The notes under the pieces: model-generated
The model's database searches: none
What the model was told of the DNA's origin: nothing
What the model saw: the letters and a program-made list of their open reading frames with translations, nothing else
Shown: positions 49,233-57,377 of the stretch, one piece after another
Layout of the letters: each line of letters opens with the position of its first letter
Numbering within the stretch: position 1 is the stretch's first letter
Position numbers and translations under genes: made by a program
Virus genome (UHGV): UHGV-1709118
DNA length: 61,628 nt
Direction: 5' to 3' (one strand)
Source: a virus

Positions 49233-49589
49233 ATGACTAACGAGAAGAAGATTACTAACAAGGGCGCCCTTCAGTATGTTCTGGACAACTGCGAGATTCC
49301 TGCCGACGTTCGTGCCAAGATTGAGATTCTGCTCCATCAGCAGGAGAACAAGAGCCGCGGTAGTGGTAAGCCTACTGCAACTCAGACTGAGAACGCACGT
49401 CTGATTGAGGTGATTGCCGACACTCTGCCCAAGGGCGAAGCTTTCACCATCTCCGACATTACCAAGACCATTCCTGAGCTGAACGGCTTTACCCCTCAGA
49501 AGGTTGGCCCCATGCTCAAGAAGCTGGTTGAAACTGGTCGAGCCACCCGTGACACCAACAAGGGCAAGGCATACTACACTATGGTGTAA
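49233..49589 (+). CDS. hypothetical protein, paralog of 55318-55734 (possible winged-helix)
   Basis: shared motifs with 55318 ORF (QTEN...LI...KTIPEL...TPQ...PM.K.LV..G.A..DT.KG.A); about 50 percent GC. Confidence 0.5.
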   Translation: MTNEKKITNKGALQYVLDNCEIPADVRAKIEILLHQQENKSRGSGKPTATQTENARLIEVIADTLPKGEAFTISDITKTIPELNGFTPQKVGPMLKKLVETGRATRDTNKGKAYYTMV

Positions 49590-49648
49590 TAATTAAATAA
49601 AGAGGGGCATTAAGCCCCTCTTTATTTTCTCAAAAAGGATGGTGTTTA

Positions 49649-50011
49649 ATGATAGATGAGACTAGGGTTAAACATCTTCAAAAGGTGTTAGACCTTGATA
49701 GAGAACAAGCTTTAGCAGTTATTGCCGATGATGAAGCAATAGATAAAGGTGCAGATCTTTTCCCACTTACTGATGAACAAAAGAAAGTAGAAAAGAAAAT
49801 GCGGTTATCCGGCAAAGAGAAAGGCAAGTATACTATGAATGCTCCCCGACAGCGCAAGGTTGACAATGACAAACATCGCTTGATTGAGATTATTGCGGAA
49901 TCTCTTGAACAACTTGAAATTGAAACTACCATCAATAACCCAGAACGAGAAATTGAGATAGTTTTTAATGAAAGACGTTTCAAAATTACATTAAGCGCTC
50001 CTAGAAAATAA
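49649..50011 (+). CDS. hypothetical protein, paralog of 55759-56148
   Basis: shared DKG...LT-EQ-KV-KK ... LI ... NPER-I ... F ... TL motifs. Confidence 0.5.
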   Translation: MIDETRVKHLQKVLDLDREQALAVIADDEAIDKGADLFPLTDEQKKVEKKMRLSGKEKGKYTMNAPRQRKVDNDKHRLIEIIAESLEQLEIETTINNPEREIEIVFNERRFKITLSAPRK

Positions 50012-50263
50012 TAATAAAACCGGCTTATTTTTTATAGGCCGGTTTTCTTTTTTGCCCAATACTTTTTAATGGCAAATGTTTGACGGCCCGCGCATGGTCA
50101 AGCGCTGCCGCATTTCAATTATACCAGGTAATCCGACTTTTGTCAATGGGCAAACCGCACAATTATTTGACTTTTTGTTTTCCCAAAATTGGTGATTCTG
50201 CCTATTGATTTTTTTATTAAAATTTTATATAATATAATTGTTCCAAGGGAAAGGAGAAACAAA

Positions 50264-50458
50264 ATGAAGATTAATTATAAATCTTTCAGCGTGGAAGTTT
50301 TTGGTGAAAATATTTGGGGCCAAACCTATCTGAACAGAGTAGGCTTTGATTCTGAGGAAGAAGCCGATAAGTTCATTGAATCTCTGGAAAAGGAAGAAGG
50401 AATTTATTCGGCAATTAAAATTGTAAATACAAGTTACAATTTCAGAAAAAACCCTTGA
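50264..50458 (+). CDS. hypothetical small protein
   Basis: ATG 50264 with RBS aaaggaga. Confidence 0.4.
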   Translation: MKINYKSFSVEVFGENIWGQTYLNRVGFDSEEEADKFIESLEKEEGIYSAIKIVNTSYNFRKNP

Positions 50459-50515
50459 CAAACAAACCAAGACGTGTTATAATAAACACAGAAATTAAGA
50501 AAGAGGTTGATAATT

Positions 50516-50737
50516 ATGAAAGCAAGCACTAACACAAAAATCAATATCGACATCACCGGCATCTGCATGTGGTTCCTCTCTTCCCTCTTCATTTGGCTGG
50601 GCTGGAAAGTTCTGGTGGCTCACTTCGGCTTGCCTTACTTTACCTATCTGGAAATCTTCGCCATGCGTATGGGGCTGGATGGTCTTGCAAGCATCTTCCG
50701 CAAGAAAAAAGAAGTGGAAGGCGAAAATAAGGCTTGA
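50516..50737 (+). CDS. small membrane protein
   Basis: 73-aa ORF with hydrophobic core; promoter TTGACA 50455-50460. Confidence 0.45.
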   Translation: MKASTNTKINIDITGICMWFLSSLFIWLGWKVLVAHFGLPYFTYLEIFAMRMGLDGLASIFRKKKEVEGENKA

Positions 50738-50762
50738 CAAACGTCAAGCCGAATGGTATAAT
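50734..50762 (+). promoter_or_regulatory. early promoter with palindromic -35 region
   Basis: TTGACA 50734-50739 inside palindrome ggcttgac-aaac-gtcaagcc (50731-50750); TGgTATAAT 50754-50762. Confidence 0.5.
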
Positions 50763-50786
50763 AATAACAGAAAGAGGTTGATGTAA

Positions 50787-50930
50787 ATGATTTCTACTAT
50801 TGCTCTGGCTTCCCTGGCTGCTATTATGATGGTGAAGGTGTTCGTTGCGGTTGAGCGTGAGGATTACCGCAAAATGTTCGCTAGCGGATTTGAGTTCGCT
50901 CTTCTGCTTCTGACTTTGGCTAATATTTAA
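50787..50930 (+). CDS. small hydrophobic peptide (47 aa, not in ORF track)
   Basis: ATG 50787 after agaggttgatg; open to TAA 50928-50930. Confidence 0.3.
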   Translation: MISTIALASLAAIMMVKVFVAVEREDYRKMFASGFEFALLLLTLANI

Positions 50931-50943
50931 GGAGGTAAATATA

Positions 50944-51192
50944 ATGAGAATTTATTCTATTAAACATCTGTTCGACAAAGAAGTTGCTGGTTTTTATCGA
51001 GAAATGAAAGAAAGCGTTGAAACAAAAGAAGAAGTAGAAAATGCCGTTTATCTGGTAATGGGTATGCAGGTTATGGCAAGTATTATCGCCGAAGGAAGTG
51101 ATGAAGAGGTTCTTGCCATTGAACATGAAACTTGGGATTATTGGATTCCAAAGTTTAAGAAACTTCTGGAAAATCTTCCTGAAAAGACTTGA
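50944..51192 (+). CDS. hypothetical early protein
   Basis: 82-aa ORF with RBS aaggaggt. Confidence 0.45.
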   Translation: MRIYSIKHLFDKEVAGFYREMKESVETKEEVENAVYLVMGMQVMASIIAEGSDEEVLAIEHETWDYWIPKFKKLLENLPEKT

Positions 51193-51217
51193 CATACGTC
51201 AAGTTCTATGATATAAT
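51189..51217 (+). promoter_or_regulatory. early promoter with palindromic -35 region
   Basis: TTGACA 51189-51194 inside palindrome acttgac-atac-gtcaagt (51187-51204); TGaTATAAT. Confidence 0.5.
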
Positions 51218-51248
51218 AAAGCCATAATAAAGAAAGGAAGTCGATATC

Positions 51249-51446
51249 ATGACTAAAGAAGAACTTTTAAACACTTTGCAGGAGGTCGGCTATGAATGGA
51301 GCAGAACGCTCAATGAGCACAAGTATGACTACTCGGATTTCGAGTGGAAGATGCTCGGCTGGGTAGCTGGTGAATTGATTGACCATTTCGATCAGGCAAT
51401 TGATTCAATTCGTGATGAACTTCAGGAGGAGGAAGAAGAAGAATGA
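51249..51446 (+). CDS. hypothetical acidic small protein
   Basis: 65-aa ORF. Confidence 0.45.
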   Translation: MTKEELLNTLQEVGYEWSRTLNEHKYDYSDFEWKMLGWVAGELIDHFDQAIDSIRDELQEEEEEE

Positions 51447-51691
51447 GAATGACAGAAAGAATCGAGAGATTTTTCAATCTTGATGAAGAGGAGAAGGAAA
51501 TTCTCAAAAAGGCTAGTTATATTCTCTGCGACATGGCAGAAAATGTTGATGGTTTAGGAAAAATTTCCTTAACTTATGAGAATTTTACTGAACCATTCGC
51601 AAAAACTCGGAGTTATGATGAAGGGAATCTTTATGATTTCTCATACCTATTAGCTGTTCTTTCTAAGGCAGAAACAATTGAAATTGAATAA
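51443..51691 (+). CDS. hypothetical early protein
   Basis: 82-aa ORF overlapping previous stop; terminator 51695-51719 follows. Confidence 0.45.
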   Translation: MRMTERIERFFNLDEEEKEILKKASYILCDMAENVDGLGKISLTYENFTEPFAKTRSYDEGNLYDFSYLLAVLSKAETIEIE

Positions 51692-51776
51692 AAATAAGGG
51701 CCTTTGGCCCTTATTTTTTACTTGACAGATTTTTCTTTCTATGTTATAATAACAATAGAAAAGGAGATGAAGCAAA

Positions 51777-51980
51777 ATGACAGATTTTGCAAGAACTGAA
51801 ATTCTTCTTAAAGCTTTACAGGAAGCAGGAAGATACATGCGGAAATATTTACCCGCAGAAATGCCATTAGGCGAAGATGCTGATATTACAAGATACTGTT
51901 TAATAAATGGTAATCAAGACCCGGAAGGCTCTAAGTTTGTAGAATACTTCATTCTTAAAGCATTTGATAATTATAAGTAA
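51777..51980 (+). CDS. hypothetical early protein
   Basis: 67-aa ORF after promoter TTGACA 51722-51727 and RBS aaggaga. Confidence 0.45.
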   Translation: MTDFARTEILLKALQEAGRYMRKYLPAEMPLGEDADITRYCLINGNQDPEGSKFVEYFILKAFDNYK

Positions 51981-52226
51981 GGGCTAAAAGCCCTTACTTT
52001 TTTATTTCTATATTTATTATAAACAAAAGTCAAGTGATAGTAAAGTTTGGCGGCGCGTTGATGGCTGACATGCGCCGCAATTTAATTATACCTCAAGCCA
52101 CGCCTTTTGTCAAGAGCAAAAGTGCATAAAAACAAGGCAGACAAAAATCCCGAATTTGTGCATTTCGCCAATAGACAAATAAGACCTGCCGTGTTATACT
52201 ATAATCACAGTAAGGGAGGAGATAAC

Positions 52227-52871
52227 ATGACAGAGATGGAACAGACTGTTCTTCAGTGGCTTGAAGATTTGGCGATTGACCCTTCAATGACCGATTGGGA
52301 CATTCAGAACCGGATGAAAGAGATTAAGCTTGGAAGCGAAGCTGCTATGGATTGCGGTTCTAGCAAGATTTGTCTCATCCCTCACAACGCCAACTTTGTT
52401 ATTAAGTGGACGTATAGCGACCCTGACGAGCTTACCAATGATGAAGCTCTGAAAGAGGTTGACATGTATAACAAAGCTGTCGAAGCAGGTTTAGGCATGT
52501 TCTTCCCCAAGACCGAGCTTTTCTGCACAATGAACGGAATCAATTTCATCAAGCAGGAGAAGATTGATTTTGCGGTTTGTGGCTGTTCCTATCAGACCTT
52601 TAAGCGGTATAAAACCAAGACCAAAACCGCAAGTGACCAGAAAGCGCAACTCATGAACAAGTGCTTCAAGAAAGCGGCTCCTAATGGGCGCTATGCAAGA
52701 AACTTAGACCCTCTTTGGGCTAAGATGGCTCTTGTTATCTATGGCAAAAGACTTTGCAAAACTCTTTGCGAGTTTGTCATTGAGAACAGAATCAATGACC
52801 TGCACGAATCCAACATTGGTTACAAAAATGACCGCCCAATCATCTTAGATTTTAGCGGTTTTGATAGATAA
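52227..52871 (+). CDS. hypothetical protein
   Basis: start at ATG 52227 after RBS aagggaggag; track ORF 52107 start lies in promoter/hairpin region. Confidence 0.45.
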   Translation: MTEMEQTVLQWLEDLAIDPSMTDWDIQNRMKEIKLGSEAAMDCGSSKICLIPHNANFVIKWTYSDPDELTNDEALKEVDMYNKAVEAGLGMFFPKTELFCTMNGINFIKQEKIDFAVCGCSYQTFKRYKTKTKTASDQKAQLMNKCFKKAAPNGRYARNLDPLWAKMALVIYGKRLCKTLCEFVIENRINDLHESNIGYKNDRPIILDFSGFDR

Positions 52872-52876
52872 AAGGC

Positions 52877-52905
52877 TTGACAAAGACCGGACTGTATGGT
52901 ATAAT
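52877..52905 (+). promoter_or_regulatory. early promoter
   Basis: TTGACA 52877-52882, 17-bp spacer, TGgTATAAT. Confidence 0.55.
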
Positions 52906-52937
52906 ACAGGTACAATAAAAGAAAGGAAGTAAAAAAC

Positions 52938-53336
52938 ATGAAAGCTACTGGTATCATTCGCCGCATCGATGACCTGGGTCGGGTGGTCATCCCCAAGGAA
53001 ATCCGCCACAATATGCACATCTGGGAAGGAGACCCTTTGGAGATTTATACTGCTTCGGATGAAATTGTTCTCCGCAAGTATGTTCCATCCGCAGAAAACA
53101 AGGCTTCTATTGCTCAGAAGTGGTTAGAGGACAATGCTCATATGTTATATGGCACTTCTGCAAAGTTCAGTATTGAGGGCAGAACTACTGTTTGCGAAGT
53201 TATCAGCAATAATCATCGCCTGACTGGAAAAGCAACAGCCACAACAAATGACACTTTCATTCCCGCGGTTGGTATGGTTATTGCTTATTGCCGAGCCGTT
53301 GGTTGGACTATTCCCAAAGAACTTATTGAGGATTAA
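52938..53336 (+). CDS. AbrB/SpoVT-family transcriptional regulator-like protein
   Basis: N-terminus GIIRRIDDLGRVVIPKEIRHNMHIWEGDPLEIY...IVLRKY matches AbrB swapped-hairpin domain signature. Confidence 0.6.
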   Translation: MKATGIIRRIDDLGRVVIPKEIRHNMHIWEGDPLEIYTASDEIVLRKYVPSAENKASIAQKWLEDNAHMLYGTSAKFSIEGRTTVCEVISNNHRLTGKATATTNDTFIPAVGMVIAYCRAVGWTIPKELIED

Positions 53337-53658
53337 AAAATTGCAAAAAGGCTTGACAAAGCTCTTCTTCTGTGATATAATACAAGTACAGTCAAGGGAG
53401 GTGATAAAGTGCTTTAGTGGTAAACAAATGAATAAAAAGGAGTAAAGCGAATGATAGATATTACTAGACACCCGCCGCCATGCTAACCCAATTATTACAG
53501 AATTTTGTTTGCACTGTTGTTTTACATGAACGAAATAAAACCATATAGTGCTGCGGAGATTTTCTTAGCTTTTTCTATTGCTCCAAAGTAATAAACAACA
53601 AGAAAGCTATCAGAGTAGGCGCCGCTCTGATAAAATAAAACAAAAGGAAGTTTTACAA

Positions 53659-53946
53659 ATGACAAAACAGGTATTATTTCTTGACCTTGAAGGAACTGTC
53701 CATGCCGGTTTGCTTTTGGATGATGGTAACATTATCTGCGGATGTTGTGGTTCTTTGATAGAACTTGGTGATTATTTACTACTCCATGTTTACAAAGAGT
53801 GGGTAGATATTGAGGAAGAAATCTGTGGGGATGATTTACTCCTTAAAGATTTCCAGAGAAAAGTAGACAGCTTATCTGTTAAAGAGATAGAAAAAATTCT
53901 TACTGAAACAGATGCAAGTAATTTGATAAAATCTCTTGACAAGTAA
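53659..53946 (+). CDS. hypothetical Cys-containing small protein
   Basis: ATG 53659 after RBS aaaggaag; preceded by about 250-nt ORF-free leader. Confidence 0.4.
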   Translation: MTKQVLFLDLEGTVHAGLLLDDGNIICGCCGSLIELGDYLLLHVYKEWVDIEEEICGDDLLLKDFQRKVDSLSVKEIEKILTETDASNLIKSLDK

Positions 53947-53990
53947 GTAAAAGCATGATATAATAACAATAGAAAACAGGAAAGGAATTG

Positions 53991-54524
53991 ATGATTATGT
54001 TCTCTATCAAAAATTGTAATAGCGTTCTGGAAGGTGCTGCTCAGGTCGTTAAACTGTTCGGGGATGAACCCTTCACTTCTGATAGATATGATGCGGCTCG
54101 TGGTAAGGGACGCTCTAAGGCGGAAACTCTCTTCAACCACAACATCATCAAAGTGGTGGGTAAAGCGCCGGTCTATGATACAAATTGGCCTAGATGCAGA
54201 GAAACTGCTCCTTATGTAACAAACCGTGCCGGCGAACTTCTTATGAAGTATAAGGAATACAGAGAGCTGCCGGTAGCGGCAAAGGAAGCTCTAATTGCAG
54301 CCAATGGTGGGGAAGAGTTGGGCATCCACTATGATAGAAGTGATATTACTATCTGCTATCGAGATACTTTTGCCTTTAATGCAAGCGGGTATCAAGAATA
54401 TCTCCAGGAAGTTTATACGAATCTTCTTTTTCAGATAGAAAGTAAGAAACAGGAAGTTCTTAAAATGGAGGATTGTTTTGGTAAGGTAGTTAAAGCATTT
54501 CAAGCAAATGCAATGAAGTTATAA
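53991..54524 (+). CDS. hypothetical protein
   Basis: ORF track 53988-54524; promoter TTGACA-TGaTATAAT overlaps previous gene end. Confidence 0.45.
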   Translation: MIMFSIKNCNSVLEGAAQVVKLFGDEPFTSDRYDAARGKGRSKAETLFNHNIIKVVGKAPVYDTNWPRCRETAPYVTNRAGELLMKYKEYRELPVAAKEALIAANGGEELGIHYDRSDITICYRDTFAFNASGYQEYLQEVYTNLLFQIESKKQEVLKMEDCFGKVVKAFQANAMKL

Positions 54525-54613
54525 AAATCTTTCACTTTGTGCAATTTATCTATTGACAAAACAAAGCAAAGATGCTATAATGAATACAGAAATTAAGAAA
54601 GGAACTGATAGCT

Positions 54614-54835
54614 ATGCTGTGTATGAAGAACGTGTTCAATGTCATGAAAGGTATCACTCGCGTAAGAGATAAGTTCAGAGGAAAAGGGTTCACTTTTTCT
54701 GAGTATAGCACCGATGACTATCAGAATTACTTACGTTATTTACAGACTGCGTTTGAATTAAAAACTATGGACAAAGAGCAGGAACTTGACAAATTGAAAG
54801 CTAATCTTGACAAAGTGGAAAAGGAAATGAGATAA
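54614..54835 (+). CDS. hypothetical small protein
   Basis: 73-aa ORF; bidirectional-type terminator 54841-54867 follows. Confidence 0.45.
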   Translation: MLCMKNVFNVMKGITRVRDKFRGKGFTFSEYSTDDYQNYLRYLQTAFELKTMDKEQELDKLKANLDKVEKEMR

Positions 54836-54881
54836 AAAAATGAGGGATTTTTCCCTCATTTTTTTTTGTACATTTTGCCTA

Positions 54882-54910
54882 TTGACAAAACCGCAGCTTT
54901 ATGGTACAAT
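54882..54910 (+). promoter_or_regulatory. promoter driving ORF-free GC-rich hairpin transcript
   Basis: TTGACA 54882-54887, 17-bp spacer, TGgTACAAT 54902-54910. Confidence 0.5.
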
Positions 54911-55020
54911 GGCGCGGCGCCCACGGCTGTGGAGCGCCGAAATTTCAATTATACCACGCGGCACAAAATTTGTCAAGAGTTAAACTGCACAAAATCTATT
55001 TGGGAAAAATCCCACTTTTT
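54911..55020 (+). ncRNA. candidate small RNA (5-prime GC hairpin, weak terminator)
   Basis: promoter immediately upstream; hairpin 54911-54939; gggaaaaatccca + T-run at 55001-55020; no RBS-ATG ORF. Confidence 0.3.
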
Positions 55021-55317
55021 GTGCAATTTGCCTATTGCAATTTGGGTGAAATCTGATATAATAAATAATGTCAGGAGGGAGTAGCCCAAGAAATCCTAGG
55101 GCGGCCGACTTAGAGAAAGTATAGGAAGTAAACGGAATACATCAAGTGGTAAGTCTTATATCATGTGGTAATTGTTATTGCCCAACATGCTCTGGAAGCC
55201 GTAAATCTTGTGAAAAGTTTGCGAAACCTCTTGACAAACCCCAAGAAACATGCTATAATAAGCATGTAATCAAGAGAAGGACAAACTCTTAAAAACCAGA
55301 AAGCGAGATAGGTGTTT

Positions 55318-55734
55318 ATGGAAAATACTAACAAGAGAATTACTAAGCGTGAGCGTTTCCAGTCTTTGATTGAGCTGGTGGAACTGTGCGAAGGCCGTGA
55401 GGATGAAGGCTTTGACTTTGAGGGTCTGACCGATTTCCTTTCCAATGAGATTCGCCTGCTGGACGCTAAGAAGGGTTCCAATTCCCGCAAGCAGACTGCC
55501 CGCCAGACTGAGAATGAGCATTTTAAGGCTCTGATTGCCGAGCGGTTGACCGAAGAGGGCATGACTATTGCAATGCTCCGCAAGACCATTCCTGAACTGG
55601 AGGATTTGACTCCCCAGCGTATTGCCCCTATGTGCAAGGCTCTTGTCTCTGAGGGTATTGCTTACAAGGATACCTGCAAGGGTATCGCCCACTTTTACAA
55701 GGCGCAGGCCGTAGTAGAAGAGGAAGAGGGCTAA
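55318..55734 (+). CDS. hypothetical protein, paralog of 49233-49589
   Basis: see paralog; ATG 55318. Confidence 0.5.
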   Translation: MENTNKRITKRERFQSLIELVELCEGREDEGFDFEGLTDFLSNEIRLLDAKKGSNSRKQTARQTENEHFKALIAERLTEEGMTIAMLRKTIPELEDLTPQRIAPMCKALVSEGIAYKDTCKGIAHFYKAQAVVEEEEG

Positions 55735-55758
55735 GGCCCTCTTCCCTAGAAGGGAGGT

Positions 55759-56148
55759 ATGTTTTTGGATAAAGCAAAAGAAGCAATCGCAAGAATCCAA
55801 GCCGGCATCAAATGCAGCTATGAAAAAGCAGTAGAAATCTATAAGACAGATTGCGAGGTTGACAAAGGCATCCCGCATGAATGGGATTTGACCGAGGAAC
55901 AGCAAAAGGTAGCAAAGAAATATACTATTACCGGGCAACATACTAAGAAGCATGACCGCAAGGCTCCGGTCAAAAGAGAAAGAAAAGAGAACCCCACTAA
56001 AGCAAATTTGATTGCGGAACTTGCAGGTTTTCTTGAATCTTTGGGGATTTGTGACGTAAAAATTGCAAATCCTGAGCGACAGATTGCTTTTTCTGTGGAT
56101 AATAACGCCTTTGAGCTGACTTTAGTTCAAAAAAGGGCCAAAAAGTAA
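55759..56148 (+). CDS. hypothetical protein, paralog of 49649-50011
   Basis: see paralog; RBS gggagg. Confidence 0.5.
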   Translation: MFLDKAKEAIARIQAGIKCSYEKAVEIYKTDCEVDKGIPHEWDLTEEQQKVAKKYTITGQHTKKHDRKAPVKRERKENPTKANLIAELAGFLESLGICDVKIANPERQIAFSVDNNAFELTLVQKRAKK

Positions 56149-56205
56149 AGTTTTTGGCCCTTTTCACTTAAAAAAGAGCTAATTTTGACGAAAAAGGTGA
56201 TGTAA

Positions 56206-56550
56206 ATGCAACAAAAGAAAGAGTATTTGTATGTAGGTCACTATTTTGACATAGAAGGCAACTACATTCTCAAAATAGGCACTACTAACGATTTAGCCCG
56301 GAGACAGCAAGAGCATACCAGAAATTATAAGCGTTCACCTAAGTTTACTATGCCGAAATCCGCTAAGTTTGTCTATGATTGGCATCTGCCTTTATCTAAG
56401 TATTCAACTTTGCGGTATGAGGATAAGAATCGTGCAGCATGGCAGGAATCTTCTATCGGCGAATTTGTCCGCAATGACAGATTTTGCTGTAAGCAAAAGC
56501 CCAAGAAAGTAAAGGTTACTATCCGCAAAACTTATGAGATCGAGTTATAA
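56206..56550 (+). CDS. GIY-YIG-like nuclease domain protein
   Basis: YLYVGHY...ILKIGTTNDLARRQQEH resembles GIY-YIG motif (GIY ... YIG-T-N-L-R ... E/H). Confidence 0.4.
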   Translation: MQQKKEYLYVGHYFDIEGNYILKIGTTNDLARRQQEHTRNYKRSPKFTMPKSAKFVYDWHLPLSKYSTLRYEDKNRAAWQESSIGEFVRNDRFCCKQKPKKVKVTIRKTYEIEL

Positions 56551-56563
56551 GGAGGAAGAAAAC

Positions 56564-56782
56564 ATGGTTGTTATTAAAAAGCAGTGCGAAGTTCACTTAT
56601 CCCAGGAGGAAATTGACTGTCTTGAAAAAGCAGCTGACATTCTCAATGAAATTTGGTCAGTAATGCCTGCTGAAAGTTATATTGGTGATAAGAAAGTAAT
56701 GTATGCTGAGGATGTCGGAGAAATGTCAGATAATCTGCAAGACTTGGCAACTATCGGAGAAAATATTGTGGTTGAAGATTAA
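56564..56782 (+). CDS. hypothetical small acidic protein
   Basis: ATG 56564 after RBS aaggagga. Confidence 0.4.
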   Translation: MVVIKKQCEVHLSQEEIDCLEKAADILNEIWSVMPAESYIGDKKVMYAEDVGEMSDNLQDLATIGENIVVED

Positions 56783-57101
56783 CGGTTACCAAAGGATAGT
56801 GGTTAATAGCCACTATCCTTTTTTATCCCTATACTTGTTATAAGCAAAAGTAAAGTAATAACAAAACTCAGCGGGCCGCACTTGGTGGATGCGGCCCGAA
56901 TTCGCGTCAATACACATTTTCCACAATTTTTCTGCTTTTGATTTGTACAATTTTACTTATTGACATTTTCCTAAAATTATGTTATTATATAATCACAAAA
57001 GGAAAGGGGATTTAAAAATTTCAAAAAAATAAAAAAGGTCTTGACAAACCAGGGCAAAGATGCTATAATGAATACAGAAATTAAGGAAAGAGGTTGATAG
57101 T

Positions 57102-57377
57102 ATGAATGAACGCAGAGACTTCATTGCAAAGAACTGGGGTGAGGATGTTCTTGAAGCTATTGATAGCTGTGAGCCGTTAAACATTACCTTTGGCCAGTTT
57201 TTGGACAAGTGCGTTGCTTGCGGTGGCAACTGGGGCGGTATGCTTCTAACTGGCCTGAAGAAGTTGCGGCCTGAGATTTGGGAAGCCATTCCCCAAAATA
57301 TGGGTCTTTATGCTTGGCAGTGCATCTGCAATACTTTAATCCTTGCTGGTGTGGTTATGGAAGAAGAAGAGGGCTAA
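57102..57377 (+). CDS. hypothetical early protein
   Basis: 91-aa ORF after promoter TTGACA-TGcTATAAT and conserved leader. Confidence 0.45.
   Translation: MNERRDFIAKNWGEDVLEAIDSCEPLNITFGQFLDKCVACGGNWGGMLLTGLKKLRPEIWEAIPQNMGLYAWQCICNTLILAGVVMEEEEG

Noticed and set aside
50086-50125. HDV-like self-cleaving ribozyme resemblance (CATGGTC segment in GC-rich elements)
   Set aside because: Only a superficial short match; the nested pseudoknot pairings required could not be found by eye.
54866-55084. ORF 54866-55084 (72 aa)
   Set aside because: Starts inside a -35 box and runs through a promoter-hairpin-terminator unit; no RBS.
50225-55953. Minus-strand ORFs in the early block (50225, 50495, 50920, 51310, 51650, 52093, 52820, 53145, 53790, 54291, 55161, 55270)
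   Set aside because: Antisense to promoter-equipped plus-strand genes; many have Ser/Leu/Phe-rich translations typical of antisense reading; no promoter motifs on the minus strand.
56993-57289. Minus ORF 56993-57289 and ORFs 60472-60825, 60885-61163 (minus)
   Set aside because: Overlap promoter regions or are antisense to better-supported plus-strand genes.
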